A stretch of 64,000 bases of DNA from Trichodelitschia bisporula (Eukaryota). The notes beneath the pieces were generated by a model. It did no database searches. It was not told where the DNA came from and was given only the letters and a program-made list of their open reading frames with translations. The stretch is taken from contig ML996689.1 in the NCBI GenBank assembly GCA_010356995.1, forward strand, positions 1,258,691 through 1,322,690, read 5' to 3'. The position numbers were made by a program, and so were the translations under genes. Positions 37,782 through 49,900 of the stretch are shown piece after piece (the stretch's first letter is position 1; the number at the start of each line of letters is the position of its first letter).

Positions 37782-39205
37782 TTCCGCAGCTTCCTTCTAT
37801 GTTCCTTTTATGTATCTCATGATTGTGTGCTTTTTCACTGTAGGGCTGGAGTTTCGTATGCTTGTGATGCGGATGTTCCGGCCGGGGCGGCTGGCTGGGT
37901 TTCATCCGGGGTCAGCCGTTTGTGGCTGTCAGGCTGCTTTGCGGGGCCGCTCAGCGCACTCCGTAAGTAGCTCAACTTTTCTGAGGGGCAACACGCGTGT
38001 GTGTGCATGGTGGGGAGATGGGCAAGCAAAGTGTGGCACATAATGATTTCGACGAGACCCAAACGTTTTGTGCGAGCATGAGACACATGTGTTCTGTGCT
38101 CACGAGGCCTTATAGAGAAATTAGGAAGCGTTGTAGTGGGCAATTGGCAAGCGCTGGCACAACACGGTGTTCGCGGTTCGCGTTGGAGGGGAAATGAAGC
38201 TCCCGTCTGTGTGGTCGGTCGTAGGCGGGATCACGGAAATTACTGCGCAGCACAGACCTGCAGAGGGGACGTGTTGCCCGGCGAGGCGCTGCAGTCTTGG
38301 CATGAGGCACGCGAGTTTGTGACGGCTAGTTGAAAGGTTATCGCCTAAATCTGCCCTAGAGCCTCTAACCCCCCCCATTCCACCAATCCCTCTTCAATAT
38401 CTTCGCCCAGCTTCTCTGGTAAAGTACCGTTAACAACGCCAGGACCATCAATACCAGCACTCTTCCGCTGCGCGTCTCTCTGCCCCACCCAGCTGGAGCT
38501 CTAGGGGCCTTCGCCCACTGGCCAGTTGGCTAGCAACGCTCTCTGGTGCCCCGGCCACGCCGGCTCACCTACCCACTAAACTCGGCCCAACACTCCCTAA
38601 AAGTCCACTGTATGTCCCTTACCCTCCAAATCCCTTTACGATCCTTTCCATACTACTACTCTCAAAACCCTTCGCCAATCCCTCCTTCCCCACAATCTCC
38701 TCATTCTCTCCTCTCCGACTGCGCACTCTTCTCTCTTTGTGTGCGCAGCGAGAAAACAACAACATCACGCCCGACATCGTCACTTCCCCCTTCGCCCTGT
38801 GGGTTGTTTGTTGTCACTTTCTTACCTCACTCTCACCCTAGTCTCTCTTTGAACCGTGTGTGCCTTACCTGCTTGTTCTGCTGCTGCGTCGGCTCCACTC
38901 GAGGCCCAGTACTTCCCGCCTGTTCTTCCCGCAGCGTTGCCCTTGGCCCTGCTGTCAATTCAACTGCGACTCGTCACGGATGCGGATCCCTGCAGGCGAA
39001 CACAGCATCCACGCCCTGATTATAGGTTGTCTGGCGCAGGTCTTCGTGGCCTTGAAACCCGCCTGCGCAATAACCTCCGTCTCGCCGATCTTTTGAACGA
39101 AACTCCGTCATTTTCCCCCACAAGCTGGAAACTCACAATTTACATAGCACATCCAGCTGCGGATCCCTCACCATCGTTTCGGCGCGCGCCGGCGGCTTTC
39201 TCGCG

Positions 39206-42200
39206 ATGCGCTCCAAACTCTCGTTACGCGCGAGCGTGTTCCTTGCCACAGCCGCTTGCGTCGTACCTGCGGCGCAAGCGCTGACGTTCAAGCCCGTCCC
39301 TGCAGCAAACCTCGACCTTTCGCAACTCGGTCGCATCGCTGTTGCTGGAGATTTCGACGCGATTTCGGTTTTCCAGTACTATGGACAGAATGAAAATGGA
39401 ACTACTTCTCAAGGCAGCCACTCGTTGCTGTCGCGCTACCCGTCGGGCGTGTTCGCCACCCTGCTCGCGTCGGATGCCTACATCAGCTCCATGTGCTCGA
39501 TCATGAAGGATGGGAAGGTGGAAGGAGTCGTAATAGGAGGAAACTTCACAAGCTTGGGAGAGATTGAGGCGTCGGGACTCGCGCTGTTCAATCCGACGAC
39601 GAATACCGTGCAGCCGATCTCCGGTCTCAAGGGCAAGGTGCAGGCCGTCTACTGCGATACTTCATCGAACAACGTCTACGTCGGTGGCTCCTTCTCGGCG
39701 GCGAACTCCACGAATGCGGTCGTCTACTCCACGACGCAAAACTTCACGAACCTTCCTTTCGGCGGATTCAACGGCGCAGTCAATTCGATCATTAAGGGGC
39801 CAAATGGAAACATCATCTTCGGCGGTTCTTTTGACGGTCTCGGGAATGCGACAACTCCGCAGATGCGTGACTCCCAAGTGGTCCCTCTGGGAACTGGCAC
39901 CATCACCGCAAGTACCACCAGCTCCCAGGCCGGATTTGATGATCCCAAGAACATAATCTGCAAGACTGGCGACAACGGCGCGGGCAGTACCTGGCTCCTG
40001 GCCGACAATGCCCCTGGTGCATGGACCGCGACCTTCCAGTTCGGCTTCAATCCTACCAAGCTCCGCCTCTACAATACCAACCAGGATGGCCGCGGCACCA
40101 AGACCTTTCGGTTTACAGCGATTCCCATAAATGGCATCATGAACCTGACCTACAGCGATCCGACCAGTGGTGAGACTCGCTACTGTGACGCCACCTGCCC
40201 ACTTCCTGAGGGTAATACGACGGCCCAGGACTTCCACTTTGTCAACAGCATTGGGATGAACGGGTTCCGGCTCGATATCTCGGACTGGTATGGCAGCGGT
40301 GCTGGCTTGAGCGGGATTGAGCTGTTCCAGGACGGTAAAGTAACCAGTGCTTCAATTATCTGCATTTCTAACATCGTCTTCAGATATCTATGTCTTTGCG
40401 GTCGACCGGTTCAACGAGCCCAAGTGCGACAGCGTCAGCAACGGTGCCAGGGCTACGGCCACAGGCCCCTGGAAGGAGTCTCAGTCGCTCGCGAGCACGT
40501 CGAACTACCTGTCTGCGCAGCTCAGCGGAGACATTGATTCGTCATCGGCGTCCGTTGTATTCCAGCCTGATATCAAGCAGTCCGGAAACTACTCTGTCAT
40601 GATTTACACTCCAGGCTGCCTGCAAGACAACACCTGCTCGAGCCGTGGTAAAGTGAACATCACCGGCGGGATGGCTTCCACTACCCGGACTTCGGCAGCA
40701 CCCGTCTCGACTGAGCTGTACCAGACGAACAACTTCGACAAGTACGACGAGATCTATCTTGGGTACGTCGAGGCATCAAGTAGCAACTTCCGGCCTAGCA
40801 TCACCATCGCTCCTTCGGCCGGCCAGAAAGGTCCTCTGACGTTCGTCGCTCAGCGGGTCCGTTTCTTCCTGCGCCAGTCGACAGGTGGCCTGAACGGCGT
40901 GTTCGAGTGGGACCCCAACTCGAAGACCGTCGATAAAGATTTTTCCAAGTCTGCGATTGACGCTGCGGCTATGAGCCTTAATGCCGGAGCTACGGTGAAT
41001 TCGATCGCCGTTCAGGGAAAGACGCTCTACGTCGCAGGCAACCTGTCGTCAACCGGCCTCAGCAACGTGTTCTCAATCACCGACGCCGCTAGGAGCCTTT
41101 CAGAGGGCGGCCTCAATGGCGAAGTTAAGGCTATGTTCCAAAACGGCTCTGCTCTGTTTATGGGTGGTAGCTTCACGGGTACACTCACTGGTAAGACATC
41201 AGGCCTCCAGGGCTTCGCCGCGTACGACACCGCCACAAACGGTTGGGTCCCTCTCGGCGCAGGTGTCAACGGCTCTGTGTCCTACCTCGTTCCGTTCAGC
41301 CTGAACCTGGGCGGAAAGAAGGCGGAGACGGCCATCGCGCTTACCGGCTGGTTCAACAAGGTCAACGGATTCGGCAAATTCCAGGAGCTCGATGTCCACA
41401 ATTTTGCTGTCTGGGTCCCCGGCCGTAACAACTGGCTCCAGAATCTGAACTTGCCGTCTATTTCGCTCCAGGGAATGCTCACGGTTGGCCTCGACGTGCC
41501 CGGAAATCCGCCGCTGTTTGGTGGCTCAGTCTCCTCCCAGGCACTCAATGCCAACGGAGCTGCGCAGCTCTCGAATTCTGGCAAGGATATCAACCTGCAG
41601 AGCTTCCCAGTGGCCGTGGCCCCGCAGGCTTCGTCTAGTCGTAAGCGTGCTATTTCTGCCGACAGCACGGGCGTTCTTACTGGCGAGTACTACAACAAGA
41701 ATAACTTCAATTTGACCATCCTTGGCGGTCAGTTCACCGCCAAAGCCTCGAACGGATCGACGGTGCAGAACCTCGCCATCCTCAACGGCTCGAACAAGGA
41801 TGAAGTTACGGGCTTTGTGTCAGGTATCAACAGTGGATCTACTGTTCGCGCTCTCGGCACCCAGGGGTCAATGCTGTTCGTGGGCGGCTCCGTCACTGGA
41901 ACTATCCAAGGCACGAAGGTCAGTGGTATGGTTGTGTACGATCTCAGCCGCATGGACTACGCCCAGACCCAGCCGCCAGCCTTCGGGGGCAGCAACGTGT
42001 CCGTCAACGCGATCGCTCCTCAGCCTACCGGCTCGAACGTATTCGTCGGCGGTAACTTTAAGTCAGCGAGCGAGCTCGACTGCCCAGCGCTTTGCGTTTA
42101 CGACACGGGCCGTTCGCAGTGGAACAGCCCCGGCAACGGATTGAAGGGTGAGGTAAAGAGCTTGAACTGGGTCGACAATACGCATCTGTTGCTCGCGGGC

Positions 42201-42953
42201 ACTCTGTCCGTTAACGGCAACGACTCGGCCACGGTGCTCTATGACTCGAAGGCGCAGAAGTTCACGGCTCTCGGTGGTCCAGCTGGCATCGCGGCGGCCA
42301 CACCGGGTACGTCGGATGGATCGCAGTTCTGGGTGTCGGGCAAGACGGCGGATGGCGGTGCTATGCTTGAAAAGTGGGATGGGACGCACTGGAAGCCGGC
42401 TGAACCGGCACTCGGTGCGGGATCGGAGATCAAGGGCTTGCAGATTTTCACGACGAACGACAAGCATGATTCCTCGCCGCTTGTGGACCGGAATAACGTA
42501 CTCTTGGTTCTTGGGCACATCTCTCTTCCCGCCTTTGGCAACTGCTCCGCTGCGCTGTTCAACGGCACCGCGTGGACGCCGTTCTTGTTGGCCACGAAAG
42601 GCAATGGCGCAGGTAGCCTGGCGTACGTGTTTGCGCAGAACTCCAACAACTTCTTCAAGCGCGGACGTAAGTTTCATCATTCCCCTCTCGCTACATAATG
42701 CTAATTCGATATAGATCACAAGCTCGCCTTGGGGCTGATCGTACTCATCGGGCTCGCTATCTCGCTCGCCCTTCTCGCGCTCATTATCACCGCCGCCGTT
42801 CTCGCAGAGCGCTACCAGCGCAAGCGCGACGGGTACCTCCCCGCTCCGACCATCATCCCAGCCGACAAAAACGCGAACATGACGCGCATACCCCCCGAGC
42901 ACTTGTTCGACAGCGTCGGTCCGAATCGACGGAGTATGGGCCCAGCCTTGTAG
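39206..42953 (+). CDS. RAX2: Rax2 cortical polarity marker (type I membrane protein)
   Basis: Signal peptide, DLSQLGRIAVAGDFDAIS, repeated VGGxF beta-propeller-like motifs, PTKLRLYNT, C-terminal TM helix. Introns near 40335-40383 and 42667-42714. Confidence 0.9.
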
Positions 42954-43970
42954 CGCATTCCGCTACCGCTGTGCATATTCCGCAACGGCAACTACTGAGT
43001 AAGCCGAATCATGACTGCAATTTTCGTATCAGAACCACTTGTCGATACCCGACGTTTCTCGTAATGATGGCACGTATGGATCCCGGATTTTTAGAGCGCA
43101 CGGCGTTGCGCGGGCTTCGAAGCATGGCGTCGGGGGCTGGGGGACGGTTTGAGGGCGTTTTTGGGTGTTATTCTTTTCGTTCTTATTACCTCTGCGCGCC
43201 AAGGCGTGTGGCTCGACGCCGATTTTTTCTACTTGTGTGGGCGAGCATTTTTTCCGCCATTCGTAGGCGTAGATGCGCCGGCGGGGCGCTGGTGCGCATT
43301 CTTACGTTCGATGGGAGATATCCTTCCGCGATGAAAGCGGCTAATGTGTAGTTCCAAAAGCAGATTTGCGATGAGGGCATTCATGGGCGGAGCTGTGGTC
43401 GGGACATGGGATTTGGGGGGTGGTGGTAGTACGTAGATAGAGGACGATGGACTGAATCCAATTGAGAGTCAATGATCTAAGATCTTTGCTGCTATGCATT
43501 GAGTTGCAATATGAGTGAAGTAGTCTGGAATGAAGCCGAGCGCGTGCAAAGTCTCCAGCCTTGTAGTCTTGGCATTCGGGGGCTAAATCTGTTGGTGCGG
43601 CGGAAGATCACAGGTGGCCGTTACGGAGACGAGACCCTGTCCGGAGCAACTTCGTGTCGGACCCTCACTCACCATCTCCACCACGTCTCTTCTTCTTCTT
43701 CGTTTACACAGCTCTTCCATCTCCCACGGTGCCGACTTCTCTTCAATCGGCCGTCTTGGCCCGTGTAGTTACTTATTCCATGTCTTCAATACCGCGCTCA
43801 TAGCCTCTCTCTCGTTTCCCCGCCGAGCTGTACGATCCGCTTCCGTTGATACAAGCCCGCCTTTGTTGGCACCACCACTGATCTCACCACAGCTCCGAAT
43901 CGCCTGACTCCGATTCCAGCGCTGCTTTCCTCTATCTCCACGTAGTTCTTCCCATCACCCCGCGGCCACA

Positions 43971-45401
43971 ATGTTCAAAACCCGCTTCACGCGCCTCGAC
44001 GCCTTCACCAAAACAGTCGAAGACGCGCGCGTGCGCACCACGTCCGGCGGCATCGTCACCCTCTCCTCCATCCTCATCATCCTCTGGCTCATCTGGGGCG
44101 AATGGGCCGACTACCGCCGCGTCATCGTCCGGCCCGAACTCATCGTCGACAAGGGTCGAGGCGAGAAAATGGAAATACACCTGAATATCACGTTTCCCCG
44201 CATGCCGTGCGAGTTGTTGACGTTGGATGTCATGGATGTGTCTGGCGAGGTGCAGACGGGGCTGGTGCATGGGGTGAATAAGGTGCGGTTGCAGCCGGAG
44301 GGGGAGGGTGGGGGGGTTATTGAGGTTAAGTCGTTGAATCTGTGGGTTGCTTCCCTCTGAGTTTGTTTTGGGTTGCGGGGGCTAATGGATGTATGCTAGG
44401 CACGAGGACACGGCGGCCCATCTCGACCCGAAATACTGCGGCGAGTGCTACGGCGCGCCCGCCCCCGAAACCGCCTCCAAGCCCGGGTGCTGCAACACCT
44501 GCGACGACGTGCGCGACGCCTACGCCGCGATAAGCTGGTCCTTCGGGCGCGGCGAAAACGTGGAGCAATGCACGCGGGAGCACTACGCCGAGAGACTGGA
44601 TCAACAACGGAAGGAAGGGTGCCGCGTCGAGGGGTCCATCCGCGTCAACAAAGTGGTTGGCAACTTCCATTTCGCGCCTGGGAAATCATTTTCCAATGGC
44701 AATATGCACGTGCACGATCTCGAGAACTATTTCCGGGATGAGGGGGGGCATAGCTTCACGCATTTGATTCATCAGTTGCGGTTTGGGCCGGCGCTGCCGG
44801 ATGAGAAGGTCAAGGAGTTGCAGGGTATGGCGGGCGGGTGGGCGAATCATCACGTTAACCCGCTTGACGGCACGGAGCAGCATACCGATGAGCGGGCGTA
44901 CAATTACATGTACTATGTCAAGGTGGTGAGTACGGCATATCTGCCGCTCGGGTGGGAGAAACATAAAGGGAACAGCGTGGATACGGGCGCGCATTCCTTG
45001 CCGCATGAGTGGGTGGGTCTCGGGGGGCTCGGGCATGGTGAGCTCGGAAGTATTGAGACGCATCAGTACAGTGTTACGAGTCATAAGCGGAATGTGCATG
45101 GGGGGAGTGATGCGGCGGAGGGGCATAAGGAGAGGGTGCATGCTAGGGGGGGGATTCCGGGGGTGTTTTTCAGCTACGTAAGTCGGGTGAAGCAGCGAGG
45201 TGGGGTATATTGGGGTGAGGCTAATCAGGACAGGATATCTCCCCGATGAAAGTGGTCAACCGCGAAGTGCGCTCGAAGACCTTTGCCGGCTTCCTGACGG
45301 GCGCGTGTGCGGTTATTGGCGGGACGTTGACGGTTGCTGCCGCGGTGGATCGGGCGTTGTATGAGGGGCAGAGGACGGTGAGGAAGTTGCATGAGGGGTG
45401 A
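43971..45401 (+). CDS. ERV46: ER-Golgi vesicle protein Erv46 (ERGIC3)
   Basis: RLDAFTKTVEDARVRTTSGG, YCGECYGA..CCNTCDDVR, EGCRVEG..VNKVVGNFHFAPGKS, PGVFFSY|DISPM. Confidence 0.96.
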
Positions 45402-45857
45402 GGAGAGAACGATGGAGGGGTGAGGAAAGAACGATGGGGGTGGATGAGACAAGGTCGGGCGTCGGGGCGTCTTTGATGATGGAATCGATGGGGTGTGTGT
45501 GTATGTATGGATAGGACGCGTGTGTATGTACTTTGCGAAGTAGATGGACCTGTGGTACAATCGGACGGCTGTGCGCTCTCATCATACGCAATGCTTGCAT
45601 GGGGTTCTGCAGGAACTGGGCTGCTCGATGATGCAGTCGGGCAAAATATAAGGCTAGGTAAATCGCCATAGTGGCGCGATATCTCCCAAGGACGACTATG
45701 CAATCATCATGTGAAGCACCCCTTCAATCAATCATATATCATTACCAACCATCCCAATCATCCACCAGCGGAGGCACCTCCGGCCCAGCCTACGCCATCC
45801 ATCTCGAACCCTAACCCACTACCCACATACCTTTCCCGACGCCATCTCCCTCACACG

Positions 45858-46953
45858 CTAAGCCTCCCCTAGCATAATCGCCCTAACCCTCGCCAGCGTC
45901 CCCTCATCCAAATCCGCAAACCGAATCTACGCTCCGATTAGCCTTCCCCTCCCCTCATCCCCAGGAAAAACTCACAATCTCGTCCCCCCCACCACCCCCA
46001 AACAACACCCCCTCACTCAAGCTCGCCTTCACGCCCCGCTTCACGCGCTCCTCCCACACACCCTCCCAATTCCACTCCCCAGGCCGGCGCACTGCGCGCG
46101 CCTCGCCGGACACCGACCTACCCGAACTTCCGCTCGCACTGCGCAGCCCTTCCCTTGGTCCACCGAGCTGCGAGGCGCGGTGCGTGCGCCAGGCGTGCCA
46201 GGCACCTGCGTCGGCGGCAGCGTGGAGGGGTATGGCGTCGAGGAGGTCTGCTGAGGAGAAGGAGGCGGAGATGTAGGATAGGAGTTCATAGATCGTTGGA
46301 GGAGCGGAGCCAGCCTGCTCGGTCCCCATAGACCCGCTGATACTACGCTCACCCGTGCTCGCCGCATTGACCCCCGCCCCCCTCGCGCGCGGTACAACGA
46401 GCACCTCGCCCGGCCGCGCCGGCCTGCTCGACGCGCGGCTCTGCACGCGGGACGCAGCGCCGGCGCTGGGTGTGAACCAGGCTGGAAAGCCGTGGCGCAG
46501 GCTGAAGCCGCCGGGGGGGAGCCGGGCGGGGATGTCGGCTGCGCTGCGGGGTTCGTCGGGGTCTGTGGCTGGGGAGGGGTTGCTTGGGTAGGAATGGGTT
46601 GTTAGTGGGGTGAGGAGGGGATGGAAGATGTCGCTCGTGAAGGTTAGGAGGGGGGGCGTGCGTGGGTAGGTGGGTGGGAAGGAGAGGTGAAAGCGGAGGA
46701 GGGCGGGGGAGTAAGGGCCTGTGCTGGGTGTTAGTTTGGTATGCCTAGAGGGAAGGGGGAGGAGGGAGGTGAGAAGGGAGCTTCGAGGAAAGATGGGGAG
46801 GTAGTTGGGGTGGTAGTTGGGGAGGAAGCTTGGGAGGTAGATGGGAGGAGAAGGGAGAGTGAAAGAGGGGGCAAGAGAGGGTGCTGCGGGAGATGCCGGT
46901 GCCGCCGCTCTACCGTCGCTAACACTGTAGCCGCCGGCCGCAAATGAAGCCAT
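45858..46953 (-). CDS. UBC/RWD-fold protein (AKTIP/UEV-like); 5' structure uncertain
   Basis: GPYSPALLRFHLSFPPTYPRTPPLLTFTSDIFHPL is an E2-fold signature with no catalytic Cys following. Last intron near 45928-45976. Start codon tentative. Confidence 0.65.
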
Positions 46954-49900
46954 GGGTAGGCGACAGGTCGGGGAGCAGCGGGAGCCCACTACGATGGACT
47001 TGCATGCTGCATCATGCCATGTCTGTCTCGCCGAGGGCGGGCAGCGGGACTCTAGGGCTGAGCAGCAGGAGGAGATCCAGACCAACCTTTTCGGACACAC
47101 ACAAATCCAGTCCATAGGGAAGGATCTCCTGGAGTGATGGTCACGTAGACGCCGTCTGGACATGCATGTTTCAAGCTGGCACTGGAGAGATTGGAGGTTC
47201 ATACGTCAGCTATATGCACTCGTTGGAGGTTTGAGAGAACAAGCGAGGAAGGATGGGAGTATGCGATAAGTCACATGGGACTATCAAAGCGACTTACAAC
47301 TCTAACAGCAGGTTTTGGCGCGAGAAGGAGCTGAGGGCTGATGTTGCCATGCCGGGCGGGATGGGGCTACATGCGAGATGCGAGATGCAGTGTAGTTGGT
47401 GCGAGATGCACTGGAAGACGCACTACGGGCAGGGAATTGAATCCTTCCAGAACGGGCATACAGGAAAAGCTGAAATCAAGGCGACTGCTCGTGCTTGTGC
47501 ATGAGATAGGTGTGAGAGAAGTGGTTATAGTTTCATTCATGGTGTTGACTTGAAGTTGGTTGCGGCTGCTCGGAAGGTGCCGCGGCCCGTCTCAACTTCA
47601 AGTCGCAACTGCCCAAACCCAACCACAAAATAGCACCTGCCGCTCGACGTCCGCAATGCCGATCCTCACCACATCGGCCATCCCGATCGGTCGTCGGCCA
47701 TCGCACCGCAGGCGCGCGGATGCCTCGCTTGACTCGCTCTGCACACAAAGCGCATCACTTATCAGCGGCGCATATGTCGCCGCTTACCCAATGGGGCCGG
47801 ACAAGCTACAAATCATAACCGGCAAGACCACTGAGAACGAGGCCGAAGAGGGTGGCATGCTCGAATCAGAGCCAAGCGAACTTTGACTCGGGCCATAAGA
47901 AATACGCGAGGCTGCCTTAAAAACTGTATCGCGCGTAACGCATCCAGTCCAACTAATTGGACATTATCGGGAGATATGCTATTGCAATTGGACAGTATGC
48001 AAAAATCCCCCCCTTCCACCGGCTGCAATCGGCATCTCGTGACCGTTATCCACATTACCGAATTCGATGGTTCGCATATGCCGACGGCTCATGATATGAG
48101 ACATGCTGCCATTGCTCGTTCTTCAACCTATGCTTTGTAGCTACAGCACCGAGTATTTGGCAAGCCACGTGGGTTGCTGGCATCAATTGGGTTCTCCCGC
48201 AGTCTTCGCTCCCAGTGTGGAGAAGGCCAGGACTGATAGGTCGGTCCTCTTGCAGCTAGCTCTCAAGAGGAAAGGCAACCGATGTACCGACCGGCCTCTC
48301 GAAAAGCAGTACGCAGCAGGCCTCTCGCATAAGCCGTATGATCGACGAGTCGGAGCAAAGTCAGCGCAACGCGCCCACCAACGAAATGGCCCTCCATTCG
48401 CAAAACTCAAATTATTCCGGACTAGACCACTTATTCTCACCACTGGTTACCAGCTACGATACCGTACTGGCAACGCGCAGTAAGCGGCTGGAAGACAGCA
48501 TGGAGATACCCACAAGTAGGACGCGTACCATTTGCCATACGAAATTACGAAGGCCCCTCTTAGGTCACTTCGGTGTGGAGGGATCACTTGGACAGCTCTT
48601 GCTGCATCCAGTAATCGCCCCAACTCCCTGCGTAAGCAACGGCCGGAAGCATGGGTGCAACATCCGCTGCGTAATACGTGGGGTCTGGAATGGCCGCTGA
48701 ATACCGGCAGGAAGTCCGCAATGCGCGCAGGGACTGGGCCGCGGGCGCACAACAGTATTCAGCAAGCAGTAGCCAATGCCCGCACCGCGCTCCGTCGGCG
48801 AGAGAGCCTAGAGACGTAACGCCGTAACCCACTACACAATGCTCGTCCTATCTCCCGTTTACACGGCCGTGACGGATTTCGAGATTCGGGAATTCCGGGA
48901 CGGTAAGCGTGGTCGCGTTCCATCGCTCAGCGTGCATCCGCTGCGGTGCTTTGGGCACTATTGCCTGGGCTCGATTCCAGGGTACTGAGGGCCGAAACGG
49001 GGGAGTCGGGGAAAGAAGACTGCAGCATCTGAATGTGCACCTTGTTGCGCGTTGCATATCGGCAGAACGCCTTGAGATTAGTATTCGGCCTGCAGAGGTG
49101 ATCAAGAAGAGCGGAGAAATCTCACCTGAGACTTCAGACTCGACGTCATCGGCATGTGTTCCATCTCCCCGCACCTTTCGCTTCTTTTTAGCCTCACGTG
49201 AAATATGTGACACGTAGTTAGTTATATGCTCGCCATCACAAGCAGAGTAAGCAGCCTCCCTAGCGAAGATACACGGCAGAAGGCTGGACCATGTCATGGG
49301 ATGCGCGTACAGACCTTGTGCACTGTGCTGTGCTGCGGTGCTGTGTGCTGCGGAAGCAGCTCTGAGTCTGAGGCTCTGATCTCATCGTTCACCCCTCGCT
49401 GGGCGGCAATCGAGATCAAGATGCAAAGCCAACTCATCAGCCCTGCGCCCACGTTGCACCGTTCGCGTCAAACGCCTGCACCGTTTGCATATCCGCCCAT
49501 CTCCAACCCCCGTCCGTCGGGCTCTTGCTGCCCGCATCACGAAGCGACAGGGTCCATCGCGCCCATCAGCAGCGGGAAACGCGCCATATTGCCGAAACGA
49601 CGGTCCACCGTGCCGAATAGCCAGCGCGCACGCAGTGTCCGTCCTTCTTCTTCCATGCCCGTCATCGCCATATCACATTGATCAGCAAGAAGAACGAGGG
49701 GACGGCATCGTAAACGACATCGTCAAAACTCTCGTGGCACCAATCCGTGCCTCGTCAGTGTCAGGACCTGGTCGGAGATGAGATACGTCCGTATGCGGGG
49801 TAAGCTGTGGGGAAAGAAGGATGCGGGGCGTCCGGGTCTAAACGGACTTTGTGCTCTGACTCGAAAGCCGAGCCAAAAACACGGACAAGTGGTTGTAGAC

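Noticed and set aside
45805..45892. Telomere-like CCCTAA units
   Set aside because: Only isolated single copies inside C-rich gene-end sequence.
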